A stretch of 59,959 bases of DNA, counting the filler, from Basidiobolus ranarum (lineage: Eukaryota), in NCBI GenBank assembly GCA_040143965.1. It is 5 parts of 5 records of this genome, joined end to end, with 100 filler letters (N's around TTAATTAATTAA, not from the genome) between each part and the next. Parts side by side here need not be neighbours in the genome. Positions count along the whole stretch, not along the records: positions 36,085 to 47,975 come from JASJQH010007455.1; positions 48,076 to 59,959 come from JASJQH010007456.1; 3 more parts are not named here. One strand, 5' to 3'. Of this stretch, positions 37,924-50,396 are shown in pieces; position 1 is the stretch's first letter; each line of letters starts with the position of its first letter. The position numbers and the translations under genes are program-made. The notes under the pieces are model-generated. The model had not been told where the DNA came from. It saw only the letters and a program-made list of their open reading frames with translations, and did not search any database.

Positions 37924-40239
37924 TTACAAACGGACATTTAATTCTGATCCCATTCCACCGTGGACGAATGGGCGAATGCACTCCTCATATCCAGCAACTA
38001 CTTCTGTCTGGTTTAAAGGCTCAAGAAGGGCTTTCTCCATCATTTTTTCATAGACAACACCGTCTGATTCACCTAAAGCTGAAGATACGACAAAATCAGG
38101 GATATTGAATGCATCAACCAAGGGAACTACGTCGGGGCGGAGCTCTTGAATCAACTCCCGGACTGCTGCTCGTACCATTGGAGCATGGCGGGGAGCAAAG
38201 TATTCATCCTCTAGGAAGTCAGCAAGGTGACTTTCTAGAGTGTGAGCAGCATACAAGCTGCATAATCGAGCAAGTGAAGGATACAAAGCATCGTTAGGCT
38301 CGGGAAGGGAATGAACAAAATTATGTAAAATTAAATATTGACAGTGGGCTTCAGAAATACGGTAATGATCGATTTGAGAGGAACCGGATAAGGAAGAATG
38401 GATCAGGCGAGCAGCACGATGTGCTAAAGCCTTCAATAAGTATTGATGATTATACATATCGTCCATACTCTTTATTGGAGAAATATGGGCAGATGTAGTC
38501 AAATACTCAAGAAGATACTTTTCAGTAGTAGCTTTTCCTTGAACCGGACCGGCAGCTGCACGGGAAGAAAGATCGCGGAAGAATTTTTGAAGGTACTTGC
38601 CAGTTTGCTGGGTTAAGATAAAATTGTCACCCTCCTAAAGATTTTCATTAGTTTGAAATCACTTATAAACTACATCATGTATTATTAACATTACCCATGT
38701 CGCATTAGGAAGTACGTTGCCATAAAATTCAGCAAGTCCTGAGAACTGTGAGAACCCATGACCACCGCAAGCCCGTCTGCAAACTTCAATTCCCGAGATT
38801 GCCATTGTTGTAGATAAGCTCTTCAAGCCACTACTTGAAGCATGAAGTTCCTTTAATTTACTAAAATCTCCTTGTTTTAATTCGGCCATAAATTCTAGAT
38901 ATTGTTTCTTCATTTGTTTCCCAGTAAACAACAAGGCAAAAGTCTGAGCGATCAGAGGGATTATTCTGTATTGAACCATTTCGTAATTTAGGACGGGAAC
39001 CTCTGCTTTCATTGATTGTGGCGTAGCAAATTGGCGGCGCATTGCAGAGTAACGTGTTGCAATGGTTGTTGCTCTAGCTAGACTGAGTCCAATTTGGTGT
39101 ACTATTTTCACTCGAACATACACCATCGTTCCGTAAGATAACTTGTCATTAACAGGCTTTGTGTAGCTGCCAGTCTTGGGATCAACTTTGGCATATCGCG
39201 CTAGCATGTGATTATGTGGAATGCGAACATGATCAAACAAGATGAAGCCATTGTCAACTGTATTGAATCTACAAAATACAAGTCGTTAAAAACAAGCGCA
39301 ACAACCTATGCAGATATTGAAACTAGAGTATTTACCCAAACTTGGGTCCAACATCGCCTACTTTAATACCAGCAAGTGGTCTATGGTCTTGGAGTGAACG
39401 GATGGGCACCACGAAGGGGTGTGGTCCCAAGTCCTTTCCATTTGTAATCAAGCGAGCCATAACCACAGCATGAGTGCTAAAATATTCTTATTAACAATAA
39501 TCAACAAACAGTACACCAAGTCGATACGATACCTTGCAATACCAAGACCGCCAATCCACCACTTAGAGGCAGTAAGAGAAGGAGAGTGAATCTCAAATTC
39601 CTTGGTTTCCGGTATATAAGTAGCGGTTGTCTCAAGACCTTGAATATTACTACCATGACCAAGTTCGGTTTGCGCGTAACAGCCAATAATACGATAATCT
39701 AAAGCTGGCTTCAAGAAAAGTTCTTGTTGCTCGGGGGTTGTCTGATTTTTTAAAGTGGGTAAAAACATGCTTCTGTGGAGTGAAAACTATTTACGAACGT
39801 TTTAATATTCTACACAATTATATTAGCGTGATAATTGTAACATACTGGACGAGACTCGTCAACAATCAGGTCGGCCATGTCAAGATCGTCATCGGTCCAT
39901 CGGTATTGCCTAGTTTGCAGAGGGTATTATGAATATTAAATTGGTGGGAAACTTTAACTGTCACTGGTTGTTGGCAAACCTCTTGAGTTCCAATATGCGT
40001 TTATCCTTGCGCATGGCATTTAAAATGCGTTGGCTACGTCCTTGGTAGCATCGAATGGTTTTTGAAAAGACAGGGTCATTTTCGATAATATTAAGTAAGC
40101 GTTCTTGTCGTTCTAAAAACTCCTCTCCATGGATGTATAAAGACAACTGTTTGGAGTTAAGTGAAGATTGTTCCCTTTCCTTGATTAGAAAAGAGCTGGT
40201 ATGGGGTTCGCTTGGCTTCAATCCAAAAGGGGTTGTCAT
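37924..40239 (-). CDS. POX1: Peroxisomal acyl-CoA oxidase, six exons
   Basis: [78 protein letters not shown] and [12 protein letters not shown]. Exons join in frame. Ends ...NVRL*. Confidence 0.95.
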
Positions 40240-41209
40240 TGTTACTACTATGAGCGTTAGTTGAGAAAAGACCAGATAATGAGAAATGGAAAATGCTGCC
40301 CGATTTGTACTGTCAGCAACTGGGTGAGTGGCGCATAACTCCGAATAAATGCCGATATGGGAACGACCTGTCGAAAGTGTCTTGAAATCCCAGCCAATCC
40401 AGTAATACACAGCAACAGAAATCGCCTCCTAGTGTTTGAAATTACTAACCCATATTCACATGGTACTAAACAAGATCTTCTCATACGCGACTTGACTATT
40501 AAGCTGAGTAATTGTGATACATAGCCATCTACAATAACCTTGTTTTCAGTAGTCGTTATGTAGGTGTTAAACTGGTGATGTAAAACCGCAATCCCATACT
40601 AGAGAGTTATGTACTTGTCACAATCAATCGAATTTAATGTTTAAGTATAGAGCTTTGATGTTGATTGCATTGCACTAGAATAGAGCATAACCATATTTTT
40701 GGCATTAAGGCGATGGACAGCAGAAGAGATATAGAAATACACCTTATTAGATTCATATATGTCCTGTGGAATTAGGACTGCTTGGAATACATATGCTACA
40801 AGGCACAGTGGGTATAATCCATCGGCTATATGTGAAAGGTGAATTGCTTATGATCTAGGCAGAAGCAGTCACAGTTAATAGTTCGTGCTCTGGTTGAGAG
40901 TTACAAGAAAACCGTCATGTGACAACTCCATAAGTAATACATAGCGTAGATATCCGTATTTACTGTTTATGCACTTCATCAAATGGCATGCAAGTGATCA
41001 TTCTCAATACTGTTAAAGCTTCTGTATTGCTTCCTACAACTCTCAAGTACGATAGTGGCATATCATGACATACAAAATAGCTAGTTATTCAAAGATAGGA
41101 ATTACAAACAAGATAACGATGATAGATTTTAATAGTTGCTTAATGATAGTAAACTCCACCGTTATGTTTTCGTTTCCATGAGAAACTTGCATCAACTTGA
41201 CTTGGAATC

Positions 41210-41219
41210 ATCACGTGAT
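41210..41219. promoter_or_regulatory. Palindromic E-box ATCACGTGAT, candidate bHLH (SREBP/Cbf1-type) site
   Basis: Perfect 10-bp palindrome in the divergent ACOX-TAP42 intergenic region, about 200 bp upstream of the TAP42 ATG. Confidence 0.35.
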
Positions 41220-41413
41220 TATACTCTATTAATCATCTAGTGAATAGAGTGTGAATCGAGTTTTTACCTCCACAGGCCATCATCGTTGATAGTAGATACA
41301 AACCATTTATGAGGGTGCAGACCCTAAAACTGAATTAGTATTCGAAAAAATACAACATCAAATGATTACCTAACTAACAAACGATATCCTTCAGCATACA
41401 TTTTCTTCTCGTC

Positions 41414-42909
41414 ATGTCAGAAATAGTGAGCTTAGGTCAACACTTTAATAAGGGACAACGTTTGTTTCGTCTTTTAGAGAATTCCGAATTGTCAACTATA
41501 GACACAAAATATCAAGTAGAGTAAATTTTTATATACCCTCCTTTCTTTTTTGAAGAAAAGAATGGACACTTACATGGTTTACATCGTTTTAGAAACAAGT
41601 CACCGATTGTTCAGAAATATTCACCAGCTGTCTTCAACAAGTTCGAAAAGCTGGAGTATTTAGTAGCAATGAGACTTTAGAAGATATGAAAACAAGTGAT
41701 CTCAAGTGAGTAGAGAGATATGGATTTAACTGATTTCAGAGACTCAGGTTTACTAATTCATCTATTCAGATATTTTCTTTTAGAGTATTACCTTGGAGAA
41801 CTTTCACTGAAAACTGTAGGTCCTGAGAGATTCGTGTTGGTTGAGAAAGCCAAGGTAAGACCTACGTTGTAGAGCAAATATTTTATATTTTACTAAATTC
41901 TTACTAAACTTGATACAATCTTTAGTCTCACTTTGAAGAGTTTCTAGAATTATGCGAAGTCTATGAGCTATTATCCAAAGAGGTAAACACGACCAACTCC
42001 TACAAAGTCCAACGTGAACTCCCCACTAATTTTGCAATAGGATAAGAAATATTACTCGGAACAATCCAAACAAGTAAAGAAAGACCCCAGTAAAAAAAGA
42101 GAAGAGAAAATTGCAAGATATAAGCGAGAGCAAGAGACTAAATCAAAACTGGAGGTATTATTTTTCCATTTACTTTGATGTATACGTGATTAAAAACTAA
42201 CTGTCAATGGTTAACAAGGAGCTTGAAAGTTTACTTTCTCTTGAAGAAGATGAGAGTCTAGCTGAAGCCTCGGATATGGAAGACACTATTCGGGAGAGCT
42301 TCTTAACATTGATTGACTTGTGTATACAGAAGACACTCGAACAGTACGTCTCAATCCAACAAGAGGAAGAAATGTTGCTTCAGATGAAACAAATGCACCT
42401 CAGAAATGGTGAACAATCACAAAGAGATATAGATGAAGCCTCGGAACTACGACTTGATCAGCCCCTTAATCGAGATGGACCCATATTATCGAAGGAAGGG
42501 CAGGTATGTAATTTGCCATTTCTCTATATTTGTGTCGATTCGCTCTAAACTCTTGTGTTTATAAAGCCTTTAAGACCCTTCATTATTACCAACCAACGGA
42601 AAGCCTTGCAAGATCAAGTATTTCGTCCTGGATGGAGACTTCCCACAATGTCGATCGATGAATATTTACAACAAGAAATGGACCGTGGTAACTTCATCTC
42701 TGGTGGAGGGTGAGTTTATACTTTCTTTCATCATAACTCTTTCTCCTTATTTAACTTCATTCAATTCAAGTAAAACTCCCGAAAAGGTCGAAATCGATGA
42801 TAATGATGAGGCAGCTCTTGATGCCGAAACGTATAAAGCTCGAGAATGGGATGACTTCACAGATGCCAATCCAAGAGGTTGGGGCAATCAGGGTGTCAAC
42901 CGAGGTTAA
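41414..42909 (+). CDS. TAP42: PP2A-associated protein Tap42 / alpha4 (IGBP1), eight exons
   Basis: GVFSSNETLEDMKTSDLKYFLLEYYLGEL, KREEKIARYK, GPILSKEGQPLRPF, VFRPGWRLPTMSIDEYL and YKAREWDDFTDANPRGWGN. Confidence 0.93.
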
Positions 42910-43014
42910 TACCCCTTCTATCTCCATGACTTGTACTTTTAATGCTGTAATTGTTAATAAACCTTGCTTGCTCGTGGTAGTTGTTGGTTACCTTGAAATC
43001 AGAATTTCAATACA

Positions 43015-43032
43015 AGGGTTAGGGTTAGGGTT
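43015..43032 (+). repeat. Interstitial telomere-like repeat (AGGGTT)3
   Basis: agggttagggttagggtt between TAP42 and the EDEM gene. Confidence 0.6.
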
Positions 43033-43329
43033 ATACTATGTAACAGATAATGCATAGAATAGGAAAGATCTTCATAGTATCTCGATAGTTTAATCCAGAT
43101 TAATGCACTAGTTCCAACCAACTTTGTCAGATTATGATGACAACAGGTGGTGGGCGTTGGTTGGCGGAGATATCACATGGAGCTCAAATATTACAAGGAC
43201 TTTTAATTACTTTAAGACGCAAGTTAAGTGACTTGCCATATTGTACTTCCTCCTCATTACCTAGGGAACTGTGCAAGTATATATTATCTTGCTGTTTACT
43301 AGAACCTATACGAAAGGTCTTTCCAAGAG

Positions 43330-45915
43330 ATGAAGTATGGACAATGCGTTCCTTCCTCTAGAATGCTAATCACAGTTCTGTCAATATTCTTTACTCTATT
43401 TCATATCGTATGGTCAAAAGATATAACCGAAAAACGGAGAATAGAACTTAGGTATTATAAACTTCGCCAATATTAGTTCACCCAAACTTTCCCTAAACTT
43501 TCTCATTTCTTTTTGTGAAAGGGATAAAGCCAAAGTATGTTTCAAAATCAAAAATGGAGAGCGGAGAGGATTTTAATTCTTTAGAGGGAAATATATACTT
43601 AGTAGCAGTATTCTTTTCTTTTAGGAAATGTTCTATCACGGCTTTAATAACTATATGACTCATGGATTTCCTTTGGACGAGGTTTGCATAGCATTTACCG
43701 GTTTATATGTATACCTTGGTGAGAATGTAAAAATTTACTTTTAGCATAGTTAAACCCGTTGAATTGCAGTGGTCGTGGCCGTGACAAGAAGGATCCGTAA
43801 GTACCATTCCGTTTGATCTTAGTGTACTAAACTGCAACTTATTACTTTATAATAGGAACAATATTCACGTGAACGACGTTCTAGGAGAGTATACACTAAC
43901 ATTAATAGATAGCCTAGACACGTTGGCGGTATGTTCTTAAAACTCCACATTTTTTGCAATCCTCTTTAATGATCCATTTACCAAAAGCTTCTAGGTGATC
44001 AAAAAGGCTTTGAAGAGGCGGTAAATCTAGTGATTCAAACTGTTGATTTTGATTTGGATAGTAAAGTTCAACTATTCGAAGTGAACATAAGAGTACTTGG
44101 GGGATTGGTAAGAGTCAAATTCAGGCACTTTTAAAGTTTGCGCTTTCATCAAATCCTCTGTCCATAGTTATCTGCACATCAACTTGCAATCGATGAAAAA
44201 CTTGGCTATAAAATACAAGGTTACAAAGGAGAACTACTCGATATGGCTTACGACCTGGGAATACGGCTACTCCCAGCCTTCGGTCATTCTCGAACTAGAA
44301 TACCATACCCTAGAGTGAGTTGCATAGTTGTTTGGAAATGCCTGAGTCACTGTTCTAATTAGTGCACCTAATCCAGGTAAACCTACGATACGGACTTCCA
44401 AAGGGTGAGACATCGGAGACATGTACCGCAGGTGCTGGCTCTCTCATGCTTGAGTTTGGTGTGTTGAGCAAGCTTACGAATGACTCGCGCTTTGATGTAA
44501 CATTCTTCTTGTGAATTTATTAATGAAGCGTTCACTAATATCCCTTTCAGGAAGTGGCACGCACCGCCATTCATGGTCTCTGGAACCGGCGCTCAAAAAG
44601 CAACTTGATCGGAAACGTCATAGATGTAGAAAGCGGAAAGGTAAGAGTACCATGATTGTATTATATATACCAAGCGCCTACTTATCCGAAGGGTGTAGTG
44701 GATCCATCCGATAGCTAGCACTGGCGCAGGAGTGGATTCATTCTACGAATATATGCTCAAGTCCTATGTCTTATTTGGAGATGCAGAATTTATTCAAATC
44801 TACCAACAAGCATACAAGGCTATAATGGAACAAGTGGTGGATAAATCGGGCTACTTTTATCTGAACGTCAATATGTATAGTGGTGAGTTGGCAGCAACTT
44901 GGATAGACAGCTTATCGGCCTATTTTGCTGGAGTTCAGGTATGTAATTGAATGCATCGACCTTATTGACTCGAACCCTTACCTAATGCAGCGATACTCAG
45001 GTTCTAGCAGGTGACCTTGAAAATGCAATCAAGTCCCACCTAGTGTTCTACAACCTGTGGCGCAAATACCATGCCATACCAGAACGATTTGATCTCAATT
45101 CAAAAAAGCCTGTAGTGGTGCATTACCCACTGCGACCAGAGTTCGTAGAATCGACTTACCTTTTGTATCAGGTATGTTGACCAGTCTATTTTTCAATGAA
45201 GCCTAGTACTAAGTCTCAGCGCAGGCCACGAAAGATCCGTTTTATTTGACGGTTGGTGAGATGGTTTTAAACGATCTCGAGAAGTACACTCGGGTAGAAT
45301 GCGGATTCGCATCAGTGAAAAGTGTCATCACAATGACGCTAGAGGACCGTATGGAAAGTTTTGTGCTAAGCGAAACATTGAAATACCTGTATCTTCTATT
45401 TGACACGGGTATGTCTCTTACTAACGCCACTATGAGCCATCGTCTGACCTTTTCTTTCTTAGATCATCAAATTAACTCATTGGACTCTAACTTCGTATTT
45501 ACAACGGGTACTTTTGAATTTCATTCGCATATACGTGTTCTTATACTCACATGCTCTATCTATAGAGGGGCACCCCCTATTTCTTTCGTCAGAGCATGTC
45601 TCCCCTCCACGCTCAAGCTTAAAGAATTTTGACTCTTCACTATACACTTGTCCTAACTTACCGAAGCTTCCTTTGATCTCATCAACCTACTTTCGACCAG
45701 ATACAGAATTCGTAAGATCCATCATCGGACACATACCTAAAGAATGGCCTACGCTAGACGAGATGGGATGGTGTTTGGATCCAAGACTAACCAAAGACAA
45801 AATCGACATTTCCAGACAACGAAGTGAAATCAAAGCCAGACAACCCACTAAAGGAATTATCGACTTGGATGAACCAAGAATTGGAAAATTATGGAAATGG
45901 GTTTTTAGTCGATAA
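43330..45915 (+). CDS. GH47 ER degradation-enhancing alpha-mannosidase-like protein (EDEM/Mnl1), many exons
   Basis: Signal-like N-terminus, then [103 protein letters not shown] and VFTTEGHP. Confidence 0.93.
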
Positions 45916-46487
45916 AATTTGGAAAAACTATCCAGCTTCATAATAAATAAATACCCTTGATAAATTCAATTTGGAATACTCCATATTATCAGGCAGTAAG
46001 CAAGTCGGCAATATTACCCACGGTTGACTGCAACGAAGCGATTATTTCGAGGGCCGTATGTTAGTGAATGTCATGTAAAATCTACAAATGTTTAAATTTG
46101 AGCAACCATGATGCAGATTTGTGGTACAAATTTTCCTTGGTCAGATGCGTTTCGGCAGTTGAATTTTTACTTGTTTGAGCATGACATCCATTGTACCCTC
46201 TTCTTTTCGTACATCTGGGATGTTTTTGATGTTTTGACAGACTGCAATAGATATCTTGGTTCACTGTATAGCCCACAGATGGCTGCAACATGGAAATCGG
46301 CGAAATGTTTAGAAAGACACTAACCGACGCTATAAATGCCCCCTTTCCCCCAGTTTCCGAATTTGTCTTCTCATTCAACCTACATTCGAATACAGAGCAA
46401 GTTCACTGTTCACTCATAAACATAGCACATACATAGATTTAGACTAGACTCCTTCTTAGACTACTCCTTACTGTAATATCTACAAAT

Positions 46488-47427
46488 ATGGAATTCCACA
46501 CCCTTCAAACCGCTTCCTCATTGAACCTTATCCCCTTAGAGGCAGGACTACTACACCACTCTAAATTAAGTGAAAACACATCATCCCAGAACATCCTGAA
46601 TATGCTCACCTCCCTGATGCATTCATTACCTACCACCGAGATTTTGGACAATGCATTAGTTTCGATACGTGGGTTGTGGAACAGAAATCAGGAAACCACT
46701 AGACATGGTGGTTACGTGCGATTAGAAAAAGAGAAGCGCAAGACCTTAGTGCTAGACATGGACGAGACCCTGATACATAGCAAGCTACAGGAAGATCCCG
46801 ACTCACCAGCCCCGCTCAAGATCAATGTTCCATTCGATAATACTGACTGCATTTACTATGTTTATGATCGACCACATGTCTATGACTTTCTGGCCACGGT
46901 AAGTATGTGACTCTGATATATAATATGACCCTTGATTGACTCTGATCATGTTGCAGGTTGCCCAATGGTACGATCTGGTCATATTCACCGCATCAATTTC
47001 CGATTACGCAGATCCTGTTATAGACTGGTTGGAGAATGAGGTGAGAGCTAGGTATCCTTCCACTGAACCAGTGATCAAGGCCCGATACTATCGTCAAGTA
47101 AGTGACCACAAAAGCATCTCGTCTGATTCACATTTATTAACCTTCACCTCATCCTTCGCCCCTTCCCAGCATTGTACTTACTACAACGGTATCTATACCA
47201 AAGATCTATCCCAGATCGAGTATGATCTTCGAGATGTCGCCTTACTAGATAACTCAGAATTCTCGTTTTTAATCAATCCTGAAAATGCCATTCCAATCAG
47301 AAGTTGGACCCATGATGACGATCAGGATCCCGCTCTGCAAGATCTGTTAGCCTTCTTGAATGCGCTCAGTCATGTAGAGGATGTTCGCAGTGTACTTGGA
47401 CTTCGTTTGAACCAAGAGTGCCTTTAG
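46488..47427 (+). CDS. HAD/FCP1-SCP (NIF) phosphatase, Nem1/CTDNEP1-like
   Basis: RKTLVLDMDETLIHS (DxDxT), YVYDRPHV, LVIFTAS..YADPVIDWL, YTKDL, LLDNS, NAIPI.SW and DVRSVLGLRL. Introns at about 46899-46957 and 47098-47169. Confidence 0.8.
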
Positions 47428-47684
47428 CCCTAACCCTAATCCCACCATATATATCTTTAATTTAGTAATACCTTTAAGTTATTTATTAAACACTATTTCG
47501 CAACTGAGCAACTCATTATTCGCAGTATAAATAGTGGATCGCAGCCCTAGTCAGTAGTAATTGATGTGGTAAGATTCCAGACATCCAAGAAAGCAGTTGT
47601 AAACAGGCAGTTGCAGATGGTCAAATGAAAGTGTACATGTATTTTGAACATTTATTTGAATGAGTAAAGTTCACAAGTTAAAAT

Positions 47685-47975
47685 TTAGATATCGGTGAGG
47701 ATAGCAGGTTCTTTGAATTCCTTGGCGATCTTGGCGCCAGAGTCTTCGGAGGCATCTCCATGGAGTTCCATCAACTTACCAACGTCGAACTTGGGGGCCT
47801 TGAGAATCTTGACCTTGTGGAGGTAGACGTTTTGAAGAGGATAGATACGTTGGCAAGCCTTTTCGATCTCACGACCGATCACTTCAGGAATGAACTTATG
47901 AACCAAAGACTTCAAGTCACAATTGCTGGCTTCACGAGTCATAATTTCGAACAACTTCTTGCGGTTTTGACGAAT
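47685..47975 (-). CDS. RPS1: 40S ribosomal protein S3a (eS1), 3' part only
   Basis: [65 protein letters not shown]. The 5' end is cut by the contig edge. Confidence 0.96.
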   Translation of the reverse strand: MRQNRKKLFEIMTREASNCDLKSLVHKFIPEVIGREIEKACQRIYPLQNVYLHKVKILKAPKFDVGKLMELHGDASEDSGAKIAKEFKEPAILTDI

Positions 47976-48075
47976 NNNNNNNNNNNNNNNNNNNNNNNNN
48001 NNNNNNNNNNNNNNNNNNNTTAATTAATTAANNNNNNNNNNNNNNNNNNNNNNNNNNNNNNNNNNNNNNNNNNNN
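47976..48075. other. Artificial contig linker
   Basis: N44-TTAATTAATTAA-N44. Confidence 0.99.
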
Positions 48076-48081
48076 TTACAT

Positions 48082-48150
48082 GAGGGATTGCATCCCCCAT
48101 ACCCCCTGCTTTCTTTTTATACTGGGAGGACTGCATCCCCCAGACCCCCT
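48082..48150. repeat. Two copies of a C-rich motif (ggGAYTGCATCCCCCAKACCCCCT) at the contig edge
   Basis: gagggattgcatcccccataccccct and gggaggactgcatcccccagaccccct. Confidence 0.6.
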
Positions 48151-50396
48151 CTTTTCATCCTTACCCTTACCAGAACATCTATACCCTAAGTGCCCAATTC
48201 CCTTCTGACAGAACTCTCAGAATTATGCACTTGTTTGGATTGATGTTTAAGGGTATTATCTGTATTATGTTCTTTATTCCTTTGTTTGTATAGCATTTAT
48301 CTCAAATAAACTTGTTAACATTTATTAGGGAAATATGGCTCGGTTAGTTAAGTGGAACCTATAAGCAAGATATATGTAATGTCCCTAAATTGGTAGAGTT
48401 GCGTTTGAAATTTCTAGGTCTTCTATAATAGCTGCGAGCTGACTCATTTTTTCCTATGGATGTTCTGAATACTGTTTACTTTTATGATTACCTCTAAAAG
48501 ATTGTATCTTTTTTTGTACTTACTAAATTAATATCTCCCAAGCGCACATCTACTTTTATTCTTACCTATTCTCTAATTAACCTCAAACTTTTGAATATGA
48601 CTTCTTTGTTTGCTGCTTGATTTTATCAGTAGACATTATTGAAGGTACACAGATTCTTAAAGCGAGATAGCTGTAGAATCAAGATGTATTGATTTCAATA
48701 GTAGGATCTGTACGATTTAGGCTAAGGTTGAAGATATAATGTATTGCATTAGCTAATAGATGCTGTCACCTACCATTGTTGGAGGTAGATGGGATGCATC
48801 AACGGTATTAAGGATACTTCGAAGATTTGTATGTTGTTACTCATTGTACTACTGATTTGATAATATTTACTCGATGATATGTCGAAAGGTATTATATGAT
48901 CTAGTATGCTATAATATAATGACTGTGTAAGTGACCACAGATTAGTTTCAAACAAAATAGTGTCTAATCACCAATAAGTATAAGAAAATTCTGAAGTCTG
49001 GATACTCTGTTGAGTGGGAAGATGTAGGTATATATATTGAATTAGCACATATTTCTATCTATGGATTTTATATGCCGCATCAAAGTTATTCTCAGAGTAT
49101 TACCCAGGTTTGGCAGGTAAGAACTCTCTTGTATCTTGAGGGCATCTCAGAATTTGAGATGTCAAATCTGTAATGTTAATGTTGGCCCATTTCACACCAG
49201 AAACACTCATGTTACTCCTGTCAATTAGATACATCTTTGTATTACCTAGAATGGCAAAGACTATTTGAGTTGTTGAAGCCGAAAGGAAGTCCCTTAAATC
49301 ATCAGAAGGCACATAATTTTTAGTTCATTTGATCAAGATGAGTTGAAATGTAAATACTTGTGAATTGAAGCATACCAAGTGATTTGTTGCAACAAATGTA
49401 CCAAGAGAGAGCACTAAAATATATTGCTAATATAATAATAATATTAAGCGGAAATCATAATGCATTATTGGATGGTCAGAAACAAGTGTGGAATTAAATG
49501 TATGCTGAAGCTGCAGGATATATCCGAAATATCACTCGCTATAGTCGGCAATATAATATTCAGTGGGTATTATTTTTCGATGAATGCAGTACAGTAGTAC
49601 TAGTTTAAAACCTAACTACTGCGCTTTAGTGCTTGCACTAGTTGCGAAGGGTGCAAAGGATAACTCTGCTAAGAGACTAGAAAAATCCAGTTTGTATAAA
49701 TCTTTTAGATTCATTAAAACTATTGCGAACTATTAATAGAGATTATTCTTAATGTTTCATCGGATTCATAATTACGATCATAATTATACTGAGTGTTGAG
49801 AAAGCTGGGGAAAGAGTTCGGGAAGTTTTCGACTCGTTTGAAAACTCGATCTATTCTCCACATTTCTGAGATATATCCAGAGTATATATTTCATTTTTGA
49901 TTTACGAAATATTCTGTGATTAAACATTAAATGTTTAGAATGGCCGGAGCATGAGACAGGCACATCAATAATAGTCCAAGAATGGTGCTGGTTGAGAACT
50001 AAGATAACTAAGCATATACAATATACCCCTTCTTTTCTTTCTTCCTTGGGCCAGTAGTTTAAAATCCCCTCTGACTCAAGAATCTTCGACATGTTATCCG
50101 TCCAACGCCAACCGGGACTCCGTAGAGGCACTCAAATTATCTCTATACCATATTAATACCGCATATGCCCTTGAATACGGGCTACAAATTTTATTTGCTT
50201 GTAGTAATAGACTCTGGTTGAATGGAAGACCATAATACTGGGTTGAAGAACAGATATTGAAATATTCATTTTTAATTGAATCATTCTGATTTCCACATGG
50301 TAACTGTTGTTGGATTAACTCAAATAGACTGGCGGATTACATTTTAATCACCAATTGGGTCGTTGTTGGCAAGGATCCAACAATGTCACTCCTCCC

